64,000 nucleotides of DNA from Azolla caroliniana (lineage: Eukaryota > Plantae > Polypodiophyta). Made by a program: the position numbers and the translations under genes. Positions 34,997-47,546 of this stretch are shown here, in pieces; position 1 is the stretch's first letter, and each line of letters opens with the position of its first letter. The notes under the pieces were generated by a model. That model worked only from the letters and a program-made list of their open reading frames with translations. It searched no databases and was not told the origin of the DNA. The stretch lies in the NCBI GenBank assembly GCA_043228905.1, contig JBHGNT010000020.1, positions 9,486,001 to 9,550,000 on the forward strand. Reading direction: 5' to 3'.

Positions 34997-36947
34997 CTAT
35001 ACAATATTCAATCCCTGCAGCATGAGCTGCTGGTTCTTCATGCTGACTACTAATTCATAACTGTTTCAGTTAAAGCTTGATTAGTAATCAGTTCGTAATT
35101 AGTGTATGCACGGAAACACCATCCTCTCCTCTAGTTCCTGCATCACCATTTTTTTTCCGATGCTAGTTAATTGTTTCAACAAACATATATATAAATGACA
35201 ATTAACGCCCGTGCCGCCGTGCGTACTGTCTATGTATATATTGAATGAAACGTGTGTGTGTGAAAGAGAAAACCTATAACACCACGACTTTTATTAACGT
35301 GTCTACACGCCAGCGGGATCTAAATCCATCTCTTCTTGATATTATTGACGTCTCTTCTTTCATTGTAGGGGCCAACGAAATATTCATATTCTTTCATTGC
35401 AACTGATTATTAATAGTAGCCGGGTATACCATCATTCTCTTGGTTTGATGCAGTAATCTGGTGGTATGGCTGTGATAGTTATCTTCTTACGGATCAGAAT
35501 TAAACGGCACGACGATTGATGACAAGGTTAAGCCAGCTGAATAGTGGTGACCGACATGTGTAATAAATTAACAGTTGATTGCGATAGTAATGTTTATACA
35601 TCCTATTGCGGAATGTTACCAAAGAAGAAGCTCTTTATTAGCTACTCACAGCATCCTTTTTTCTCCAGAGGAATATTTAGACTATACTATAGTTTTAGGC
35701 GCACATTCTTTAGTAATACATGTGTTGCTTATTGAAAACAGGCATGCAGGGATCCATATTCTGATAATCAAAACCCCTATATATCTGCAAAAGGAACGAC
35801 AATCAAGACGAATGAAAATTATAAGAGATCAAAGGGCAATGTGCACCCTGGAGCATCTACATACTTACACATCCGTATTATCATATAACTAGCGTCTTAT
35901 CTTTTTTGACTGGTTTATTAAGTAATACAGATCGATATCCGCATGTAATTTCGGCTTAAGCTTCTGATCATTTGATACTATACCGTCCTAGGGAAGAGAC
36001 AATAATTTCACACACAATAGGAACGGGTGAGGAAATGAAGAGAACAGATGGAATTTGAAAAATGTACGTGAAGTTGAAGAACGTAATTTGGAATGAAGCA
36101 AGAAGGCTGGACCTCCTGTGTGTATACCGGTAGTGCGGTAATCCATATCTGATCAATACAGTGAGATATTTCATAGCGTGAGGGAAAAATAAAACAAGAC
36201 GGTAAGGAGAAGACTCGATTTAACTTATTGCAGCATATACATTATAGACCGAGAATAAAGATTCAACTCACAGAAATTTATACCTAGTAAGAAAGAGCAA
36301 GTGGTTTATTATACATTCGCAAGCAAGCAATAGCTTGTGGACCAGATGGATATTATATGCTACTGTACGAGCATGATGTCCGGAATCGAAGAAGCCATTA
36401 CATCGCATTTTCTTGTACATTACATGTAGGTTATGGTAAAACGTGCTTGCTTGATCTGCAGACTCACGACTCGCCTCTTCCTTATCTTCGACTTAGGGTT
36501 AGCTCATTGCGAAGATGTAGGTAGGGGATGAATTTATCTTTGAAATATTACAAGAGATTAAGAGAACTAACTCCAGAAACGTTTCCCTCTGTGAATGCCA
36601 AGGCTTCCTATTCATCTAGATCATTTGCTTCTTCTTCCTCTGTCATATTCATATTTGGCCATACACCAAGGAATCTATTAGAAATAAGTAAGCAAGAAAC
36701 GAAGCTCAAAGCAAGGTCAATGGTAAGTAGAGCAGATTCAATGAAGAAGGAAGCTCCTTCGTTAACATGAATGAATTATACTGAAAACAGTTGCAAAACG
36801 CTACACAACGTTAGTTCTTTTAGCAAATACAGGATGAAAGCTTGACATAAAACTAGGGAATGAAATTACAATAGAAAGTCGGACTGTCAAGGTTAGGAGT
36901 TAAGAGTAAGAGATAGAGGAAGAAGACGACGACGAAGAAAAAGCAAA

Positions 36948-37090
36948 GAAGAAGATGTTTCCTTCTCATTCCAGAATAATCTCATGCTTCTTTGGAGAAG
37001 AAGTTTCCTTCTTATTCCAGAATAATCTGATTTTTCTCTGGAGAAGAAGTCTCCATCTCATTTCAAAATAATCTCATGCTTCTCTGGAGC
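36948..37090. repeat. Tandem repeat, ~3 x 45-48 bp
   Basis: Unit agaagaag..tttccttctcattccagaataatctcatgcttct.tgg. Confidence 0.8.
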
Positions 37091-37160
37091 GTTCAAGAAG
37101 AAGATGAAGTGGAAATAGTATCCGGTCGTAGTTGTAGACCTGCCACATTCTCCATGCGTG

Positions 37161-37520
37161 GCGTAAGGAATGTGTGTCTGCCATAGCCAAAGCTGCTCAC
37201 GTCTCCAATCTACAGTGCACTATCCAAGTTTCAATATAACTCGACGATGCCTCCAACGATGATGATACACGAACGATGGAATGAAGAAGCGTAAGAAATG
37301 TGTGTCCGCCATAGCCAAAACTGCTTGTGTCTGCAATCTGCAGTGCACTATTTAAGTTTCAATATAACTACATCATGCATCCAACGATGGCGATGGTGAA
37401 GATGCAACGATGGAATGAAGAAGCGTAAGGAATGTGTGTCCGCCATAGCCAAAAGTTGCTCGCGTCTGCAATCTGCAGTGCACCATCCATGTTTCATTAT
37501 AACTTGATGATAATGATGAT
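37161..37520. repeat. Tandem repeat, 3 x ~130 bp
   Basis: gcgtaaggaatgtgtgtc.gccatagccaaa starts at 37161, 37289 and 37423. Confidence 0.85.
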
Positions 37521-40084
37521 ATAACGAACGAACATATGACGTCAAAAATGAATGTAATAATAAAATGTATTAAAAAAGGCGTTAATAATTTTGAAATCCA
37601 TCCGAACATGCTGTCCGTTTCATACCAGAAGCAAGAGCTCCAACGAACTAAGAAGGAAAGCACACATTCCCCCGGACGTCAGTGTGCGTGCATGTGTCCA
37701 CTTGGAAATAGCAAACTCGATCGATGAATATCCGTTCAGGGTTAAAACACATGCGTTCAATTGACAAGGTCCAATGTTTCAATAGTTTCATTCCCTGTTT
37801 CTCCTCTGCTGAATTTGGGAGTCATGCAACTGTACACCCAATGTGGGAATCATGCAACGGTACGCCCAATGTGGGAATCACGCAAAGTTCACATGCACCC
37901 TCCTGTTTTTCATGAGAGAGAGAGAGAGAGCATGGATGAGGGAACATCTCTTGGGGTGGAGCAAGATTCTAGAGTTCATAGACATGGGAAGGATGACAAA
38001 GTACATACTCGTATAATAACAAGTATCGTTGAAGATCAAGAGTGGCATCAATATTAGTTGCAACATAAGATCAAAGGGGAGGGTGTTGCCATGAAAAGGG
38101 ACACAATAAGTACTAACGATAATGCATTAACAAAAGTTAACTTGAGAATGGAGGATGGCATAAAGAAATCATTGGCAAATACATGATACATTTAGCAAGA
38201 CCCGTGATCCATTTCAATGGATATTCAACATATGATGCAAGTTAGTAATCCCATCATTATTCATGTGTAGCTATGATTATTCATGATTTGTTTTGGTCAC
38301 AGATGGTATATAATGATCCATGGATACAACTTTCTTTTAGGTAATGGAAGTCAAGTACTTTGATATTTTGATATGGTTGGCATGAACTCATAGAATTGTC
38401 TTCTATATATCGAAGGCTATCAATGGGTCGTGTAGGTTTGTTGATATGTGATTTAGTGTCTTGATGCATCACAATCTACTTCACGATTCCCATTCATGGA
38501 TTTTTCTAAGCAATGTATTTGGGACAAGTTGACATAAGCATCTTTGAAGTTGGATATATGGAAATGGTTGCAAAAAGATAAGCTTGGATTTCCATTTCAA
38601 TCCATGCAATATGAGGAAACTTGAAGTAGATTGGAGCAAATGTATGCAATGTATCATATGTCCTGTTGAGAATTGTTAGTTGGTCAGGGTAAGAGTCAGA
38701 CAAGTGTGCAAGCGTCGAAGTCGACAATTTTCGGATGAACACAGAGTTGGGTCGGATCGATGAGTCAGCACTTTTGCCGACTAAATAAAAATATATAGAT
38801 ACTAGAGTTAGTTAGAAGAGTTTTGGTTAGTTCTTGTCGCAAAGTGTAATTTTGGATGAGTCTGTCTCTCGGGTTACATATAAAAAGGAACCAAGAGCAT
38901 TGCAACACTATCGTTTTGATTTCAGTTTAATATAGTTATTAGTTAGTAAAATCTGTGATGTGTATTCTATGAGTAATATTGTTCTGTTCAACTCGGTTAC
39001 AAGGGTTGTTAAGTATATTAGGCTAAATTTGTCGATCACAATATACTTTATCTTAAATCAACAAGAGAGTGTTCCATTCGCACTTCCTCAGTTTCTTGAT
39101 AGAACGTTCGACATTGTTGTGTTGTCGGTCACAATAGTCGATTGTCGACCGAACAACAAGAATCAAACTCAACTTCCCGTGTGTGGGAACACACACTAGG
39201 TTACTCAAGTGTGTGACCACCCCACCTCCTTGTATAGTAACTAGTGTGTCATAGAAGTTAGTATCCTATGACACATATTCCTTAAGTAGTTAAGACTCGA
39301 CCTCTTTCCCAAGAGGCGCCTCTTGTGAGAGAATCTAGAGGGAAGGTGACTACATAAGTACCTTCTCCTTCACTTTGTAAGGTTGGTTGTTCTTGCCTCC
39401 TTGTAATATAGTTTTCTGTTTCTTTTTCTTGTAACTCTCTCTCTCTCTCTCTCCACACACACACACACATATAGTTCTTCCACTACACATAATCATGCTC
39501 AATTCTTTACATGATATCAGAGCGCATGGTTGCTTGATCGAAGCCCATCGCCTCTACGTGTGTTGTGCCCAATCCTGCTTTCGGAAAGAACCGGTTGATC
39601 ATTGTAGCAGCAATCTACACAATTCACCTCAAAGAGAAGAAGAAGAAGAAGCTTGACATGAGAAAGCAACCCCTAAGAACATAACTTCTATTACCGATAA
39701 GACATTTCGAACGCGCGAGGTAGAGCGTCCGGAAGAAGGGGGAGCAATCAAGCAGGCCGGACCCAATTGACAAAACAATTCCGCCCAATGTGGATACTGT
39801 GGAAAATTCGGCCACTATGAGGCAGAGTGTTGAAAAAAGAAGTGTGAGTCGGCCTCCACAAGCCGACAACTCACAAACTATGCCTCCAACTCTGACTACG
39901 ACAATCGTGACGGAATGTTTGTGATGAGGCATAGAGAGAACTCGATGACAGCCTCCAAACCAGAAGATGTATGGTTTCTCGACTCGGGTGCATCCAACCA
40001 CATGACATCCCACGAGGATTGGTTCAAGGAGCTACAAAAGAGATGGATTCTTGTGAAGCGGAAGAGATGTGAGTTATGTGTGTG

Positions 40085-40130
<46 letters not shown>

Positions 40131-43100
40131 CACAAAGAATACGCAAGGTAGAAGTATGTTAACAAAGGAGAAAGACTCAACATTATACAAGGTGGGAGGA
40201 GGGTGCTTTATGTAGTCACCCTCTCTCTTCATTAACTACAAGACTCATGGAGCATGGGGAATGTGAAAGCTCATAAGTTATGTGTCATAGAATATGATTC
40301 TATGACTCATACTAAATGCTAGAATACAAAGTGGTGACATAATGGTGACTCTTGACCGTTGAGGTGTCTCTTCTCTCTCAAGGTGAGTTCACACACTAGA
40401 CTAATTTGAGCTTGATTCTCAACATGCCCCCTCAAGCTCAAGTCGGGTCGGTTTCAGACGGTATCCGAAATCCGCTTTGACTCGCGTTCCGAAGTCCGCG
40501 TCGACTCGCGTCGACTCGGAGTTGCGGAATCCGTGCTCCAGCTTGCGTTGTGCGTAGTTGTGAAGTCTGTGCTTTGGCTTGCGTCTTTCTTCAGAACTTT
40601 GCGCGGTAGATCAGCTCTTCACAGCTTCGTTGCATGGTTGCGTAATCCACGCGTTCTTGCGTAGTGTGCGCGGCTTGCGGAATTCACGCGTTATTGCATA
40701 ATGTCTTTAGTACTCCCCCTCAAGCTTGGCAGGTCAAGGATTGTCAAACCGAGATTGGTCATGAATTGCCACAACTTGTCGGCTCCTAAGGCTTTAGTGA
40801 AGATGTCGGTCGTTTGAAGATTTGTGCTAATGTGTTGTAGGTCGACATCGCCAGCTAGAACGCGCTCTCGGATGAAGTGATAGTGCACTTCGATGTGCTT
40901 TGTCCGCGCGTGGAACACCGGGCTCCGAGCCATATAAATATTGCTCATATTGTCGCAGTAAAGGGGAGTCGGATCCTTGATGGGAATGCCCAAATCCTTC
41001 AAAATCCTCTTAAGCCATACGGCTTCACATGCAGCTACAGTTGCTCCCCTATATTTCGCCTCCGTACTCGAAAGAGCGACGGTAGGCTGCTTCTTGCTAC
41101 TCCAGGATATTGCTCCGCTGCCAAGGGAGAAAACAAATCCGGAGGTTGATCTTCTATCGGCTTTGTAGCCGACCCAATCAGCGTCTATGTACCCCTTGAG
41201 TCATATTGGCATTGCGGTCTTGTATAGGATGCCGCAATCCATTGTGCCGCTCACGTATCGTAGAACTCGCTTAGCGCAATCCAAATGAGTATCACACGGT
41301 GTTTGCATGAATTGGCTAAGGAGACCGACCGGATAACTCAGATCGGGTTGTGTGATCGTGAGGTAGATGAGACTCCCGATGAGTTGTCGATACTGAGTCG
41401 GCTCACACGCTTTGGTGCTGGAGTTCGCATTTAGTTTGAGATTACGATCGAGCAGGGTTGCCACGGATTTGCACTCAGCCATCCCGAACTTGTATAACAA
41501 GTTGAGGATGTAGTGCCGTTGAGAGATCATGATTCCGGCCAGAGTCCGAATTACCTCGATGCCGAGGAAGTAGTGGAGCTCCTTCATGTCCGTCATCTCG
41601 AACTTGTCGGAAAGGAAGGATTTGACTTTATTGATTTCGACGAGATGCTCATCTCCAATAACTAGGTCATCCACATATAAAATGATGACGATCGGACTTG
41701 CGGAATCGCTTCGTATGTAGAGGGAGTTGTCCGATTTTGACATACGGAAGCCGATTTGATGAAGATATTGCATTATCTTCGAATGCCAAGCACGCGGTGC
41801 TTGCTTGAGGCCGTAGAGTGGCTTCTTGAGTCGGCATACAGCTTTCGGATGGGTGTTCGAGTTGAAACCGGGTGGTTGGATCATGTACACCTCCTCTTCT
41901 AATTCGCCTTGTAGAAAGGCGTTCTTGACATCCATTTGATGGAGGTGCCACCCTTTCGCCGCGACAATCGCAATTATGGTCCGCACCGTCGTCATCTTTG
42001 CCACCGGGGCAAAGGTTTCTTCGTAGTCGACGCCATGTGTATGAGCGTATCCTTTCGCTACGAGTCGAGCTTTGTAGTGGTTGACGGAACCATCCGCGTT
42101 GTACTTCACTTTGTAGATCCATCTGCATCTGATCGCCTTTTTGTGCGGTGAGGTGGGAACGAGATCCCATGTCTCGTTCTTCCGTAGTGCCCGCATCTCC
42201 TCGTTCATTGCGTCGATCCATCGCGGGTCCTTTGCGGCTTCGGAAAAGGTTTCCGGCTCCCGTACTATTGCTACCTTCATCATAAAGGCGTAATGGTACG
42301 CCATATAATCGTTGTAGCCAAATCGGCTTACGGGGTTCTTTTCACGAGTGGATCGGCGGAGCTTTTCATTTGCAGAGATGCTCAGGGCTTTCTTTGCTCC
42401 GATTTGTACCTCGAAACCGCCGAACTCACTGTCGAGTGAGTGAGTTGACTCATTGTCGGTGAAGCGATCGTCTTCGTATTCCGCCATTTTCGCCTTGCCT
42501 TTGTCCATCTTCGGGCTAGGCCGTGATATGCTTTGATCGCTCAAAGGCTCTTGTGGTCCGCTCAATCGGGTCGTGATCGGACTTTCTTTGAACATGCCCG
42601 TAGAGGAGGATTCCGGGTCGAACGGAGTCGGAGTCGGAGTTGTCTCTGGTGTGTACCAGGATGCGGACTCATCAAACACGACGTCTCGACTTACTCGAGA
42701 TTTTCGAGTTGAGGGGTTGTAGCACTTGTACCCCTTTTGTTCCAGTGAGTATCCTACGAGGATACATTTCTCCGACTTCAGGTCAAGCCTTTGACGCTTC
42801 TCGTCGGGGATGTGCACATACGCAATGGAGCCGAATATCCAAACATGTGATAGGTTCGGCTTCTTTCCGAAGAATCTTTCGTGCGGAGTGACCTCGTGCA
42901 CGCCGGATGTTGTGCACCGGTTCATTAGGTAGACGACCGTATTTGCCGCTTCGGCCCAATATGACTTGGGCATATGCTTCTCGTTCATCATGGCCCGCGC
43001 TACTTCGAGGATGTGCCGATTTTTGCGCTCGGCTACTCCGTTTTGTTGCGGAGTGTGTCGGCAAGTGAATTCTCGCCGAATTCCTTCCTTTCGGAGATAC

Positions 43101-43663
43101 GTCGTGAAATCGTCCGAGAAGTACTCCTTGCCACCATCCGATCGAAGGCATCGTACATGTCGGCCCGTGGCTTTCTCGACTTCATTCTTGAAATTTTGGA
43201 AGTGTCCGAACACTTCGCTCTTTTGCCGCATCGGGTAGATCCAAGTGTGCCTAGAAAAGTCGTCGATGAAGAGCACATAATATCGGCATCCGCCGAATGT
43301 CGTCGTTTGAGCCGGACCCCATACATCGGAGTGAATTATGTCGAGTACGCCTTTGCTCACATTCCGCTCCTTCGGAAATGGGTGTTGGTGTTGCTTGCCG
43401 AATTGGCACGCTTCGCATACACCTTCAATCTCCTTCTCTTTGAATGTCGGAAGTCCGATGACGACTCCTTTCGATTTCATTGCTTTGAGTTTGTTGAGAT
43501 TGATGTGGCCGATTTGCTTATGCCATAGCTCTATGTCGGAGTCGGCTTTCGTGCTTTTTGCGAACATGGCGGATTTCATCTCGTGTGAATTGAGAATGAA
43601 CATCCGGCCCTCTCTTCTTCCGCGTGCGATGATTCGGCCTTCTTTTTCGATGAAGCACCCTTC

Positions 43664-46600
43664 AACACCGGGACATTTGAAACAGGTAATATGTCGCATT
43701 TTGAGAACTGTCCATCAAAAAATGACACAAATTAGGGTGATTCACAAAAAGGGGTGCCGCATGCATAAAGGAATTTTAAAAATGACCCAAAAAAATATTG
43801 ATTTTTAACATGTACGGAAATTTAGGTGTTCAAAAAAATGCCTAAATAATGGACATGCCAAACTTACAAATGAATGTCCAAAATGACTAACCCCAATATT
43901 TATAGAAATTCTGAATCCAAATCTTGATGTGCAATACAATATTTATAGTTAACGTATCAGGACAATCATTTTTCAAGTTTATGTCATCATCTTCATACCC
44001 ATTAGATGAACTAGTACGAGTTTATGAGGTCTTATCCTCATCATCAATGGCAACTAATGCATTGTGTTGATCCAATTGCAATCCAACCTCATCGAGTTTA
44101 TGAGTCATGCTTCTTGTTTGTCTTTGTGTTGTGTCTGAAGCCACATTCCAGATCCTCTTTTAGTATCTTCATTGTGGTCTGTCACAGATAACTTGTTTTG
44201 GTCAAAGATAAGTCATACACTAATATATAAACATTATCCAATGTAAGAGTAGATGTGCTTGATGCATCTTTCCTCCTCACTTTTTGGTTATGATATTTCA
44301 TTATGTACTTTCCATTTACAAGATTAGATTATGTGAGAGAAGCTTTCTACCAAAATCATTAGAATCTAAAAAATGTCTTAAAATGTTTCCCATTTTTCTT
44401 AGATTCTCATAGTAAGCCTTTGATGTCGTACAGAAATCCGATTCATTCCATCTAGATTTGACGCAACATGTCAAATTTTACTCTATACATCTAGAATTGC
44501 ATATAATGCATCAGATTCCTGTAAGCCTTGGAATTTTTTTAAAATTTTCCATTAAAAAAATACTCTTGCATTTTAATGCATTGCATTGAATTCTAGCTAC
44601 ATAGACTAAAATATGATACATTGCATGGATTTCCCGAAAATACATAAATAAATACAAATTGAAAAAATAAAACATTTTCCCATAAATAAATAAATAAACA
44701 TTTTTTATTTTACTCGTAAATAAATAAATAAAAATTGAAAAATTAGATTTCAATGGAAATCCAATTCCATGCATCGGATTCAATTGAAAATCCAATTTCT
44801 CTTATTTTTTGAATTGTTTTTGAATTTGTTTTTATTTTTCCCATAAAAAAATAAATAAAAATTGAAAGAATGGATTTTCAACGGAAATCCGATGCACTGC
44901 ATCGGATTTTGGTTGAAAGTCCACTTTTACGTATTTTTTTCCAAATTTGCTTTTTTCTTTGAATTTTTTTGAATTTTTTTGAATTTTTTCTATAAAAAAT
45001 AAATAAATATTGAAAAAATAGATTTTCAATGGAAATCCACTTTTTCTTATTTTTTTCCAAATTTTCATAGTTTTTAGAATTTTTTTGGTATTTTGTTTGT
45101 CTATTTTCTCATAAATAACTATATAGAAATTGAAAAAATGAATTTTCAAAGGAAATCCGATGCATTGCACCGGATTTCTATTGAAAGTCCACTTTTTGCT
45201 ATTTGTTACCAAATTTTCATATTTTAAAATATTTTTTTGTATTTTTTAAATTTTTTTTCATTTTTTCCCATAAAAAATAAATAAAAATTGCAAAAAATGG
45301 GTTTTCAACAGAAATCCGATGCACTACATTGGATTTCTATTGAAAATCCATTTTTTCTTATTTGTTTCCAATTTTTCAGATATTTTGAATTTGTTTTTGT
45401 ATTTGTTTTTGTATTTGTTTTGAATTGTTTTTGTTTTTATCATAAATAAATATATAGGAATTGAAAAAACTGTATTTTCAATGGAAATCGGAGGCACTGC
45501 CTCGGATTTCCATTGAAAGTTCACTTTTTCTTGTTTGTTTACAAATTTTCTTATTTGTTTATATTTTTCTCTAAAAAAGTGTTAAAAAAAAACAAATTGT
45601 GATTTTCTCCATTTAAAATGATGTGTTTTCAACGGGAATCCGATGCAGTGCATCGGATTCCCGTTGAAAACAAATAATTTTCAACAGGATTTTCAATGGA
45701 AATCCGATGCACTGCATCGGATTCCCGGTCAAAATCACTGAGTTTCAGTGCATCGGATTTCTGTTGAAAGTCCAATATTTTTCTTATGTTTTTTCATAAA
45801 ACATTAATTTGCAATTGAAATCCGACTCAATGGTTCAGATTTTGTTGAAAATGTAATATTTTTTTATTATCTCATTGCTTTATGAAAAACCTAAAAGAAA
45901 TTTGGATTTTTAATTGAAATTCGATGTAGTGCATTAGATTTCAGTTGGAAATCCACTTTTTTAATATATTTTTATTTATTTTTTGAAAAAATGAAAAACA
46001 ATTGAAAAGGAAGAGGATTGCCAGCTAAAATCTGATGCAATGCATGAATGTCTAGCTGTATAGACTACGATTTGATGTAGTGTATCGGATTTCAGTTGAA
46101 AAGCTGTTTATTATTTTTTTATATGGAAAATAAATAAATAAATAACATTGGAAAAAGAAAAAAGAAAAATGGATTTTCGACTCTAATCCAACGCATTGCA
46201 TTAGATTCTAGCTATATATACTAAAATATAATGTAGGGCATATTATTTTAGCTGAAAATCCATTTTTTATTTTTTAATGGAAAAAATTTTAAAAATTACA
46301 AAAAAAAAAACTTGGATTTTCAACTGAAATCTAGTGCATCGCATTGGATTCCAATTAAAAATCCAAGATTTTTTATTTTTTCAAATTTTATTGTTTCAAA
46401 TTTTCAATGGGTTTTAGATTAGTTTTCTGACACAGGTATATAATATAAAACTTACATCAATTTAGATTAACGTTATATTCTATTCTTCAGTTTGATGTTA
46501 CCTGTGCAATTTCATTCTACTGTCATGTACTACTAAAACATATGCCTTAAAGATTATCAGGAACTCTGTTGCATTAGAGAAGGACCTTGAGCAAGTTAAT

Positions 46601-47546
46601 GTCATCAAAATGAGGATCCAAGGTATCTGGGGTTGTCCTGATCAAGACCAAGAAGTTGGGGCAAAACATATCAATAAAACTTAGATGTTCCAGATGACTT
46701 TTAGAAAACTTGTGGAACTATAGATGAAGATGCAGGGAAACTTGTTGAATTAGAAGACGTTTCAGAGTCTGAACATACTAACAATTCAACTTAGCGTACT
46801 GACGAAACCAATGAGGACAATCCTGATGAAAGAGCTAATCCTGAGTAGACGGCTTTACCAGACTTATTATTCGATTGAATGGTTATGGCTTATTGTAAAT
46901 TTTGAACAATATGAATTGTTAAATTTTGACGTAATATATAAGTTGAGCTTACTTATAATTTTCGTGTAACAATCATTGAACTTAGAAATTAAGTATACTT
47001 GTATGTGTACATGTTATCTAAACTCTCCTTTATCATTTGGGGTATATCGGAGATAAGTTTATACTCTATCATTTACTCGTATGATTGGAATGTTATTGTA
47101 GACTACTTTATTTATACATTGACAGTGTCATGTATCACGTGTCAATGGAAATTTTCTCTTGACATAGTAATATCTCTTAATTGCAAGGTTCACAATTTGC
47201 TTTAAGATGTATTATATTTAAATATACACACATAATTAGAAGAAGTCTCTTATTCAATGGGGCATGCTTTTTAGAATATGCACAAGGACCCGTGTTACTA
47301 TTATACTTGTGTTGACAAATACACCCCTGTCTAAGATTTGGATAAAAACATGGTAGATAGAATATACGTCGGATGATTTTGTTGACGTGATATTAGTTAG
47401 TTCTTTTTTTCGCTATGTTTTCATAAACCACATACACATGTGTCGTGCCTTGTTGAAATTCTGCTTAAATAAGGCATTTTTTAACATCTCACTAAGATAT
47501 GAAAAAGAGAATGCGACATATTACCTGTTTCAAATGACCCGGTGTT
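43664..47546. mobile_element. Unclassified non-autonomous TIR DNA transposon, 3883 bp
   Basis: 37-bp TIR AACACCGGG(A/T)CATTTGAAACAGGTAATATGTCGCATT with 1 mismatch; 4-bp TSD cttc 43660-43663/47547-47550; splits the Copia F ORF cleanly. Confidence 0.92.
44430..46362. repeat. Array of ~17-20 imperfect ~45-bp palindromes separated by A/T-rich spacers
   Basis: Consensus TTTTCAAyrGAAATCCGATGCA-s-TGCATCGGATTTCyrTTGAAAA; best copy 45624-45672 has perfect 24-bp arms. Confidence 0.9.

Noticed and set aside
38700-39113. Possible solo LTR ending TTCGACA
   Set aside because: TATA-like and LTR-like composition, but no 5' boundary or TSD could be fixed.
44430-46362. CRISPR-like repeat-spacer array
   Set aside because: Eukaryotic TE context, degenerate repeats, low-complexity spacers of variable length that resemble each other, no cas genes.
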